Sequence record: NC_019526.1
Strand: one strand, 5' to 3'
DNA: 64,000 nucleotides
The translations under genes were made by a program, and so were the position numbers. Numbering within the stretch: the first letter of the stretch is position 1; each line of letters begins with the position of its first letter. Positions 1-7,789 of the stretch are shown here, one piece after another. The notes below the pieces were generated by a model that saw only the letters and a list, made by a program, of their open reading frames with translations, did not search any database and was not told the DNA's origin.

Positions 1-13
1 AAGAGACTGAAAA

Positions 14-517
14 ATGGCGAAATTTGATCGACTACCAAAAAAGTATACTTTTGTATTGCATTTACTAAGAAGAAGTTCAGTACTAAAATCGTTAGTACCT
101 GATGATAAATCAAGAAAAGAACTTATTGAATGCATGTATGATATGTCCAGACATACATTATATAAATTATTAAAGGATTATAGTACTGATCCGTTTAATT
201 CACGTTTTGAACTAAATTCTTCACCGAATTATACATCATTAGCATCCATTGATAAGTTTGAACTAAGAGACAAAACTAACAATATTCTTTTATGTATTAG
301 CAACTATAATGGTAGTACCGAAAAATACAATCCAAAGTATATCAAATGTAATGCACATATTAATGGAAAGTACATAAGTGATGTTTTAACTGAAAATGAA
401 AAATTGTACTTTTTACGTTTACATGAAGATGTGCGTGTAATGATCAAAAACTTTGATGAATTGGAAAAATATCAGGAAATCAACGAAGTCAAAGATAAAC
501 TAAAAAGGTTATATTAA
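14..517 (+). CDS. hypothetical protein
   Basis: 167-aa ORF with phage-like AT-rich codons; stop overlaps next start (TAATG). Confidence 0.8.
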   Translation: MAKFDRLPKKYTFVLHLLRRSSVLKSLVPDDKSRKELIECMYDMSRHTLYKLLKDYSTDPFNSRFELNSSPNYTSLASIDKFELRDKTNNILLCISNYNGSTEKYNPKYIKCNAHINGKYISDVLTENEKLYFLRLHEDVRVMIKNFDELEKYQEINEVKDKLKRLY

Positions 518-1005
518 TGGCTATTGCACCCAAGAAACCAAAACCAAACGATAACTCAGTAAAATGCATGTTAGGTGCATTGTTATTATCCAAAAGTTTA
601 ATACTAATGGAGTATAATAACAAAAGAGATATTTTAAATGCAAAGTACTACAATTCAAAAGTCTCACAAGAGGTATATCATTTCTGTAAGTACTGCGTGA
701 ACAACCCATCAGATATAAGTTATTTTAATGAAAGTGGTAATTTAAGATATCAAAATCCTGTTTTTGAATTTTATATCGAACATTATGATATGGGATTCAA
801 ATATTCATCACAATCTGATGTTGTATACTTTAAAGTTCAAAATAATTGGATGGAATTCAGTACTAACAAATATGACAAAATGTTATTGAGTTCAGTATTT
901 TTTTGTTTATCAGAAAGAGAAAGAAATGAAAAAATTCTTTCCAATATACAAAATACAATAGATAGTAAATTGCGTTATCTTGCTATGTATAAGGAGACAA
1001 AATGA
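517..1005 (+). CDS. hypothetical protein
   Basis: 162-aa ORF translationally coupled on both sides. Confidence 0.8.
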   Translation: MAIAPKKPKPNDNSVKCMLGALLLSKSLILMEYNNKRDILNAKYYNSKVSQEVYHFCKYCVNNPSDISYFNESGNLRYQNPVFEFYIEHYDMGFKYSSQSDVVYFKVQNNWMEFSTNKYDKMLLSSVFFCLSERERNEKILSNIQNTIDSKLRYLAMYKETK

Positions 1006-1400
1006 CAATTGATGATATTTACAGTACAATAAGGAATTTGGATAAGTACAAAAAAGTTTTTGATTCAATCAACCGTAATATTTTTTACGGTATTGGTACG
1101 TATGATATTATACAACTGGAATACGATCAGGAAGGGAAAAGTGGTATAAATTTCGTGTGTCCACGTGACAGCGAAAACAATTTCATGTATGTTGAAGTGA
1201 ACGAAGATGGTATCAAATTTACAAAAATCTTCAAAGGTGGAATTGATTACGAAGAACTGGATTTGAATGAAGAAGATAGTTTCTTTCAACAAGATACTGT
1301 TATAAATCTTGGTTTTTCATTACAAGAGTACAGAGAAATGCATAAAGATTTTATGCGTTATTACAATGGTTTCCTCAAAGAATTAACGGTACATTTATGA
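1002..1400 (+). CDS. hypothetical protein
   Basis: AGGAG RBS, ATGA overlap with previous gene, 132 aa. Confidence 0.85.
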   Translation: MTIDDIYSTIRNLDKYKKVFDSINRNIFYGIGTYDIIQLEYDQEGKSGINFVCPRDSENNFMYVEVNEDGIKFTKIFKGGIDYEELDLNEEDSFFQQDTVINLGFSLQEYREMHKDFMRYYNGFLKELTVHL

Positions 1401-1861
1401 ATCTCAATACAAGTGAAATGTTCTTTAACGATGTAAAATCAAAATTTCTAAAAAATGATGGTAGTGGTTTTGATGAAAAAATCAAAGAGGTGGTATTGCG
1501 TTGGAAAAATAGTCCAGTACTGAATAATATATGCCCTCGATGGTCATGTCAAAGTCATGATTATGATGATTTTAATACTTATTATTACATTATATTCTGT
1601 ACCCAAAACGATGGTGCGGAATTTCTGTACAATAAAGTATTGAAAAAGCTAATCGAACTCAGTGCAAAGTACGGTGTGATGGATAATTGTTGGGAATACA
1701 AGGTAATCCAGTTAATGAACACAATTGATAACAATCACACACCCTTTGAACCACACGTAGAAATTGCATGTAGAGTATTTGGGGATTATAATAAAATTTG
1801 TATTTTAGAAAAAGTATGGTTAGAATTACTAGAAGGTATTGAAAAAGAATATGGGCAATAA
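1397..1861 (+). CDS. hypothetical protein
   Basis: 154-aa ORF, ATGA overlap. Confidence 0.8.
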   Translation: MNLNTSEMFFNDVKSKFLKNDGSGFDEKIKEVVLRWKNSPVLNNICPRWSCQSHDYDDFNTYYYIIFCTQNDGAEFLYNKVLKKLIELSAKYGVMDNCWEYKVIQLMNTIDNNHTPFEPHVEIACRVFGDYNKICILEKVWLELLEGIEKEYGQ

Positions 1862-3095
1862 TAATTTTTTAGAACAAAATATAGTTAAACATCTTGCAGG
1901 TTCAAATGCATATGGTACTAATACCCCTGAAAGTGATGTTGATTACAGGGGTATTTTTTTAGCATCAAAAGAATATATCATGACTCCCTTTTATAATGTA
2001 AAAGAAGTCACTGATTCTTCAGAAGAAGATACAAAATTTTATGAATTGAATCAGTACATGAAATTGTATCTGGACGCTAATCCAAACATTCTCGAAAGTT
2101 TATGGGTAGATCCATCAGATATCGTTGATAGTACTGAATTTTATGATTATCTACGCAAACACAATGCTGATTTACTAAGTTCACGAATTGCATTTACTTA
2201 TACTGGTTATGCTTATAATCAGGTAACTCGTATGAAAAATCATCACGGTTGGATGGATAAAGAACGTACAGCAGAAAATAGATTAAATGAAATTATTTCT
2301 TTATATCCATATGTTATCACAAAAGAATGGATGTATGATACGTTTCCAGATTATCTGGTTGAACGCGTATTAAAAGATGTAATCTTATCAAACATGAACA
2401 TTTCAATTGATTTTGAAAAATTAATGCGTGATACTTCATTACAACTGGTTTCTATTGTTCCACTGAAGCAATACCATTTTGTTAAATTGGTGCACAATTA
2501 CAGTACTGAAAAAGTTCTTGATCGTGATTTCAATTTACTGAATTACAATAATGGTTATGAATTAATTCACTACGGTGAAAATATTTTTGCTCTTGTAAAA
2601 AATAAAAATGAGAGTACAATTAATTCTGATGGTACATTACGTTATTTCAACAAAGAACGTAGTACTGAAGAATTGAAAACTTATCCTGAACTTATCATCA
2701 AATTCAATAATAAAGAATGGACTGAAAATTCTGATAACAGAAAGAACTATCACAAATGGAAGAAAAATCGTAACACTAAGCGTTCTATTATGGAAATGCA
2801 ATCAGGTTATGATCGAAAATTTGCAATGCATACTATCAGGTTATTGAACACTGCTGAAGAAGCATTGGAAAGTGGTATTATTCATGTTAAACGCCCAGAT
2901 GCACAATTTTTATTGGATATCAGAAATGGTAAGTACACATATGAAGAGATCATGGAAATGTATAATACCAAACAACACAATATCCGAGAAGTTCTGTACA
3001 AAAAATCAGTACTACCAAAGAAACCGAATATCAAATTAGCTACCAAGATTTTACTTGATATTCGTGAAATGCAATTTTATGGCAAAAAATCATAA
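1851..3095 (+). CDS. Pol beta-superfamily nucleotidyltransferase (RlaP/PF10127-like)
   Basis: N-terminal GSNAYG...SDVDYRGIF motif (GS-x-D-x-D) and C-terminal helical YDRKFAMHTIRLL region; ATG 1851 preferred over TTG 1839. Confidence 0.8.
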   Translation: MGNNNFLEQNIVKHLAGSNAYGTNTPESDVDYRGIFLASKEYIMTPFYNVKEVTDSSEEDTKFYELNQYMKLYLDANPNILESLWVDPSDIVDSTEFYDYLRKHNADLLSSRIAFTYTGYAYNQVTRMKNHHGWMDKERTAENRLNEIISLYPYVITKEWMYDTFPDYLVERVLKDVILSNMNISIDFEKLMRDTSLQLVSIVPLKQYHFVKLVHNYSTEKVLDRDFNLLNYNNGYELIHYGENIFALVKNKNESTINSDGTLRYFNKERSTEELKTYPELIIKFNNKEWTENSDNRKNYHKWKKNRNTKRSIMEMQSGYDRKFAMHTIRLLNTAEEALESGIIHVKRPDAQFLLDIRNGKYTYEEIMEMYNTKQHNIREVLYKKSVLPKKPNIKLATKILLDIREMQFYGKKS

Positions 3096-3112
3096 TACAA
3101 AGAGGTAATTAT

Positions 3113-3577
3113 ATGAGCAACTATTCAGAGTATAAACAAAAAGAAATTGAATTGAAAGAAATGGTGAAAACCGTTGGCAAAGAACTCATTCAAGAAATGT
3201 ACGAACAGTTCTTTGAAAAGTATCCAGAAGTTAAATTTGTTAGTACAGTTGGTTATATCCCAGGGTTTAACGATGGTGATGCTTGTGAATTCACATCTGA
3301 TACTGAATTTAGTGGAGATTATGTTGAAAATCTTAGCGAAGAAAGTTTAGAAGATATGGTAATTGCATTTGGTGGTGAACCAGGTGAAGATGATTTGTTT
3401 GATCTTGATACTGCGGAAAATCCAAACTGGAATTATCAACAATACAACGCCGCCGGGAAAGATGTGGACGTCGACCTGCTGGAAAAAGTATATGGTTATG
3501 ATTGGATTGTTGTTGCTTATAAAGGTATTGATGGAACAGTTTCAATTGTTCAAGAGGATTATGATTGTGGATATTAA
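3113..3577 (+). CDS. hypothetical protein, paralog A (PxFNDGxxC motif)
   Basis: GAGG RBS; motif GYIPGFNDGDAC; ends EDYDCGY. Confidence 0.85.
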   Translation: MSNYSEYKQKEIELKEMVKTVGKELIQEMYEQFFEKYPEVKFVSTVGYIPGFNDGDACEFTSDTEFSGDYVENLSEESLEDMVIAFGGEPGEDDLFDLDTAENPNWNYQQYNAAGKDVDVDLLEKVYGYDWIVVAYKGIDGTVSIVQEDYDCGY

Positions 3578-4031
3578 TGCTATCGTTGAAAACATGAATG
3601 CAGAAATTGAAGAAGTACGTCAAAAATATGTAACTATATTTAATGATGATTTCAATATCGTATTACAAGCTATTAAAGACAAATATCCTGCACTCGAAGT
3701 TGTTTACATTCGTGCATGGACACCTCATTGGAATGACGGCGAAGAATGTAAACACAACATGTCTGTACACGTAGATAACAATGGTAAGTATACTGATATC
3801 GAAGAGTTTTTTGAATGTACTGAACGTAATTTTGATTGGGATGAAGCACCTGATTGTATTAAGAATGTCAACAAAGGCATAAGTACTAAAATGTCGAAAG
3901 AGATTGTTGGTTTATTCGAAGCTTATCAGGATTCATTTGAAAGTATTCTAGGCACGAACTGGAAAATGACAATTGACTTTACACAAGAACGACCCATTAT
4001 GGTTAAAGAAGATTATGAGTGTGGATATTAA
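3567..4031 (+). CDS. hypothetical protein, paralog B
   Basis: GTG start 9 nt after GAGG; motif AWTPHWNDGEEC; ends EDYECGY. Confidence 0.8.
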   Translation: MDINAIVENMNAEIEEVRQKYVTIFNDDFNIVLQAIKDKYPALEVVYIRAWTPHWNDGEECKHNMSVHVDNNGKYTDIEEFFECTERNFDWDEAPDCIKNVNKGISTKMSKEIVGLFEAYQDSFESILGTNWKMTIDFTQERPIMVKEDYECGY

Positions 4032-4578
4032 TATCCTTAATCCTGTAGGTAGCATTAGTACTGATCTATTTCAGTTTAATGCTCCTACTGGAGTATTACC
4101 TGATTTAGTACTTAAATATGAAAATCCAAATAAGGTTCTTGATTTAGCTCATCCAGATTTAGTACCTTTGATTGAACGTATGCTCAAAGAAATTAAGAAA
4201 TTTGATTCGAGAGATTGTGTTATTGATTATAAAGTACGTTCATTGAAATCTGGTGATCCTGGTAGTACTATTCCAGGATTTCACATTGATTGTTGTAATG
4301 ATATTCATGATGATTTTGAACCAGAGACTCATTTGATTTATAGTACAGTACAAGGTACATCATTTGCTGTTAATCCAATCGATGTATCTCGTTATAATTC
4401 AGTTCATGAAGTACTTAAAAATGAATCTATAACCGAAGTCATTGGTAGTACTGAATCAGTTCATAGATTTACATCTAAGGTATTACACCGATGCCCAATT
4501 ATTGAACATGATTGTCAACGAATTTTAATTCGTGTAACATCTGGATTTAAAGATAGATTAAAGAGAAACAGAAAATGA
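4021..4578 (+). CDS. putative 2OG-Fe(II) oxygenase
   Basis: HxD (GFHIDC), distal His (VLHRC) and terminal Arg (RILIRVT) in double-stranded beta-helix order; GTG start inferred. Confidence 0.55.
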   Translation: MDINILNPVGSISTDLFQFNAPTGVLPDLVLKYENPNKVLDLAHPDLVPLIERMLKEIKKFDSRDCVIDYKVRSLKSGDPGSTIPGFHIDCCNDIHDDFEPETHLIYSTVQGTSFAVNPIDVSRYNSVHEVLKNESITEVIGSTESVHRFTSKVLHRCPIIEHDCQRILIRVTSGFKDRLKRNRK

Positions 4579-4982
4579 ATAAATCAATTAAAGATGCTCT
4601 TAATATTCTGGAACGAGAGTATTATAAAATCAAAGGTTCAATCAACCAATACAAAGTTCGAGAAGAAATTCTCAATAGAGTAGAGGAAATGAAAAACCGT
4701 TCCATTGAAAAACAAAATATCCAAAATAATACAACAAAAGAAACAGTATTGAATGCTTTTGTCAAAATTATAGAGGATACTGGATATTCAGACACAGATT
4801 ATGAAATCACAGAAAACATGACTGTACTGAATATTAAAGAAAAATTCAATCTGGATACATGGGACTGGTTTGATATCATGGTTGAAGTATCAGAACTTTT
4901 CGATGTACACTTAGATGATGAATTGTATCTGGATGATGTAGTACTGAAAGATATTATTGAAGAAATTTTGAAAGATATTTAA
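4575..4982 (+). CDS. acyl-carrier-protein-like protein with N-terminal extension
   Basis: C-terminal half aligns by eye to ACP: KFNLDTWDWFDIMVEVSELFDVHLDDE vs E. coli [27 protein letters not shown]. Confidence 0.6.
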   Translation: MNKSIKDALNILEREYYKIKGSINQYKVREEILNRVEEMKNRSIEKQNIQNNTTKETVLNAFVKIIEDTGYSDTDYEITENMTVLNIKEKFNLDTWDWFDIMVEVSELFDVHLDDELYLDDVVLKDIIEEILKDI

Positions 4983-4992
4983 AAATAGACCC

Positions 4993-4998
4993 TAAATA
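4993..4998 (+). promoter_or_regulatory. T4-like late promoter core TAAATA
   Basis: TAAATA in short intergenic gap upstream of the spanin pair. Confidence 0.55.
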
Positions 4999-5020
4999 TT
5001 CATATATCTTTGAAGGAGAT

Positions 5021-5395
5021 GTGAATATGTTAGAGTTTATAATCAAGGTTGTATCCGACAATTATAAACCCATCCTGATTGTATTGGCGATGGGTTTTTG
5101 TGTTTTCGGAGGATGGAAAGCAAATACTTATTACACCGGTTATCAATTAAGTATTTCCCAAAAAATTGAGAAAAAAGTAGATGATGCTATTGATAAGCTA
5201 CAACAAGAAAGTGCAAAAAATTTAGTTGAAACACAGAAGACAATTAAAGAGAATGCAACTAAAATTGTGGAAACCAAAGTACCAGTTATTATAGAGAAAA
5301 AAGTATACCAAAATGTCTGTTTAGATGAAGATGGTCTTCAGGTACTAAAAGAATTAAAACTTAATTCAACTGAAGGAAGGAGAAAACTACAATGA
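5021..5395 (+). CDS. i-spanin (Rz-like)
   Basis: single N-terminal TM helix then helical periplasmic region; overlaps a downstream lipoprotein. Confidence 0.7.
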   Translation: MNMLEFIIKVVSDNYKPILIVLAMGFCVFGGWKANTYYTGYQLSISQKIEKKVDDAIDKLQQESAKNLVETQKTIKENATKIVETKVPVIIEKKVYQNVCLDEDGLQVLKELKLNSTEGRRKLQ

Positions 5396-5709
5396 AATTT
5401 AAATTAAAATATGTTGTACTACTGTTGGTATTATCTTTAATTGGATGTAATAGTACCGCTCCAGTTGAGATGAAACAACAAGTACAACAGGAAGTACTAT
5501 TGGAACGCTGTTCAGAAGACACTCCATTACCAACACAAAAAACTGTTGACAAAGACGGAAATGTTGGATATGATGGTAAAGAAGTCTTTAGAGTATTACG
5601 TGAATGGGATGCAATTTATTTTGATTGTGCAAGCCGTTTAGATGCACTCATTACGTATCTACAAAAAACCCAAGATCCTAATTTTAAGGTAACTATAAAG
5701 GATAAGTAA
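5392..5709 (+). CDS. o-spanin lipoprotein (Rz1-like)
   Basis: signal peptide with lipobox LIGC, Pro-containing mature part with extra Cys, 4-bp overlap with i-spanin. Confidence 0.75.
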   Translation: MKFKLKYVVLLLVLSLIGCNSTAPVEMKQQVQQEVLLERCSEDTPLPTQKTVDKDGNVGYDGKEVFRVLREWDAIYFDCASRLDALITYLQKTQDPNFKVTIKDK

Positions 5710-6293
5710 TGAATAAGTACAAAGTACTAAAAGTATTACCTTTATCATTTTTAAATTCTTTAGATCATACTGATATCAAACTAAAAATAGGACATTTTGG
5801 TGGTTCAAAATTTTCATACTATCCACAAAAAGTTAAAACATTTTCAAAGAATCACAAATGTGTAGCATGTGGAATTGAAGCCACTGAAGTACGTATTGAA
5901 TATATGCACGGATGTTCTCATGTAATCTATGGCAAACCACACATCAATGTATATGCGGTGCTTGGTAATTATTCAGTACTAATGACAGTTGATCACGATA
6001 TACTTGCATCCGAAGGCGGAAATGATTTAGACAATAATTTTAGTACCATGTGTTCCAAATGTAATAACAAAAGAGGATCAAAGTATAAGACACTCAAATC
6101 ATTCCTCAAATCAATTGAGGGGCGAGATCTCTTAACGGAATACATGTCTGTACCTAAAAAGACAAAAACCAGTCAGAACGCGGCTGAGCAGCGTTTACAC
6201 GATGAATTTTGGGAATTAGGACATAACTGGCATTACAGAGAATATCTTCGTTATCTGAAGGCCAAAAATAAAGCTAAAAAGAAAGGGGCATAA
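5709..6293 (+). CDS. HNH endonuclease
   Basis: CxxC (CVAC), then TVDH...GG...N...CSKCNNKRG. Confidence 0.8.
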   Translation: MNKYKVLKVLPLSFLNSLDHTDIKLKIGHFGGSKFSYYPQKVKTFSKNHKCVACGIEATEVRIEYMHGCSHVIYGKPHINVYAVLGNYSVLMTVDHDILASEGGNDLDNNFSTMCSKCNNKRGSKYKTLKSFLKSIEGRDLLTEYMSVPKKTKTSQNAAEQRLHDEFWELGHNWHYREYLRYLKAKNKAKKKGA

Positions 6294-6304
6294 GTTGCCC
6301 CTTT
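6282..6304 (+). terminator. rho-independent terminator
   Basis: AAAGGGGCA-taag-TTGCCCCTTT followed by T-rich tract. Confidence 0.7.
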
Positions 6305-6329
6305 ACTTTTATCAAAATTTTGTTATAAT
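6302..6329 (+). promoter_or_regulatory. sigma70-type promoter
   Basis: TTTACT-16-TATAAT with extended -10 TG. Confidence 0.55.
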
Positions 6330-6366
6330 ATAAAAATCAGAATTTAATAAAAATGAGAAAAGAGTA

Positions 6367-6762
6367 ATGCTCAAAGAGTTTGATTACAGTACTTTAGAAG
6401 TTATTTCAGCAGTTAAAAATATCAACAATTTAGATGATGAAAAAACAGTACTGATCACGATCACATTTGTAAACAAAGAAGATTCATATAAACATTTATC
6501 TGGCATAGAAGAAATGTTGCATAAACATCATTTAGAAGAAAATCGGAAATATATTAAACTACAATGTAGTTATACCCAAAATTTGAACAATTTTTTAATT
6601 ATAAATAAAACAATTAAGATTAGTTTCAATGATCCTAAACAAAAATACCGTGCTAAATCGTTCAACGAAGATCAGGTTAGTAATGAATTACTAATGGATA
6701 TTGAATTTATCAATGATTTCTTCGATTCATGTGATAATGAATTAAAAAAGGTATACGTGTAA
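6367..6762 (+). CDS. hypothetical protein
   Basis: 131-aa ORF downstream of promoter. Confidence 0.75.
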   Translation: MLKEFDYSTLEVISAVKNINNLDDEKTVLITITFVNKEDSYKHLSGIEEMLHKHHLEENRKYIKLQCSYTQNLNNFLIINKTIKISFNDPKQKYRAKSFNEDQVSNELLMDIEFINDFFDSCDNELKKVYV

Positions 6763-6770
6763 AAATATTT

Positions 6771-6800
6771 TTGAACAATTTTAGTACTATGTAATATAAT
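6771..6800 (+). promoter_or_regulatory. sigma70-type promoter
   Basis: TTGAAC-18-TATAAT at the start of a 1-kb region with no plus-strand ORF. Confidence 0.6.
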
Positions 6801-6806
6801 GTAAAT

Positions 6807-7300
6807 AATATCAATTCGAGGACTGAATTCTGCTGAATATCTATATGTATATGGATATACAAATAAACTTGAACCTATCGAAAACGTAGAGAGGCATTTG
6901 AGTGGTTCAGCAGCACGCCTTGCAGGTAGTACCGGTGATAAAATCCTAAGTGTGAGCTTACAAAGCACAGCCATAATTCCAAAGAGTGCACAGGAGTCAT
7001 CGCAACACGGCAAGTAAAAGAGAGCTATAGACATATGCTTTCCATCACTATAATCCTCTGGTGATGATAGATTGAACCTACGGAAAGTATTTTCCATAAT
7101 TGTTAAGGGAGAATACACCAAAATTTTTACAGGAGAGTTGCGTCTAAATTTTGTTGTATTCAAGTACTGAGATTGGTCAAATAGTCTCAGTATTAAGTGT
7201 GTGGTATGATACCTACTAAACCACATGACCTCTGCATAAGACTGAGATAGGGAGAAACCGGGCAGACCGCTTCCGTTCTTTATAAAAAAAGAAATTCTCA
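6807..7300 (+). ncRNA. candidate large structured non-coding RNA, family unassigned
   Basis: GC-enriched, no plus-strand ORF, near-contiguous stems with G-U pairs (6837-6858, 6870-6909, 7020-7042, 7043-7066, 7082-7095, 7111-7161, 7163-7194, 7199-7226); ends approximate. Confidence 0.55.
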
Positions 7301-7324
7301 ATTTGACAGTTTCGAAGACTACCA

Positions 7325-7443
7325 TCTTCAAGAAATAAAAAAAAACGTTTTTAAGAACGCGTTCCGTTGCGTTATTTTTTTCTTCCCTCCCTGTGGGGGG
7401 GATATAAAGTTTCTCTTCCAAACCTCTTCAAGAAATAAAAAAA
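7325..7443. repeat. direct repeat TCTTCAAGAAATAAAAAAA x2, 100 bp apart
   Basis: copies start at 7325 and 7425. Confidence 0.85.
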
Positions 7444-7464
7444 GAAAAACAACAATTACCGATT

Positions 7465-7553
7465 AAAATCAAACAACACAGAACGAAACGAAGTGAAGTG
7501 AATGAGTTGTTTGATTTTATGAGAGATGTGTTGAACGAAGTGAAATACATCTT
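7465..7553. repeat. two hairpins with ACGAAGTGA loops
   Basis: 13-bp perfect inverted repeat 7465-7477/7506-7518 and 10-bp stem 7523-7532/7544-7553. Confidence 0.8.
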
Positions 7554-7789
7554 GACATGGATAAACAATAAGTACTTAATTAATAAAAACAAATAAATCA
7601 AGTACTGAAATAAATTACAAAGGAATTATATCCAATGAATACTTAAAAAAAGAACCAGATATAATTAAGTACCGATTGGTTCTCTTTTTAAATAACCGAC
7701 TATAAATTAGTCAAATCAAATAAATTCATTTAATAAAAAGAAATAAATATTTCTATAAATCCCAACCAAAGGGCTTATAGGAGAAATTA

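Noticed and set aside
3363-3566. N-terminal extension of ORF 3363..4031 or a frameshift fusion of the paralogs
   Set aside because: It overlaps a real gene, stays open partly because of the GC-rich patch, has no RBS or slippery site, and GTG 3567 has a good RBS.
6807-7330. Group I/II intron, tmRNA, RNase P or tRNA identity for the structured region
   Set aside because: No GTGCG start or domain V, P7 elements not in the required order, no tRNA-like ends, no interrupted gene. This was by eye only; a covariance-model search is still needed.
7325-7443. Direct repeats as a CRISPR-like array
   Set aside because: Only two copies, A-rich, an 81-bp gap, and no cas gene in the window.
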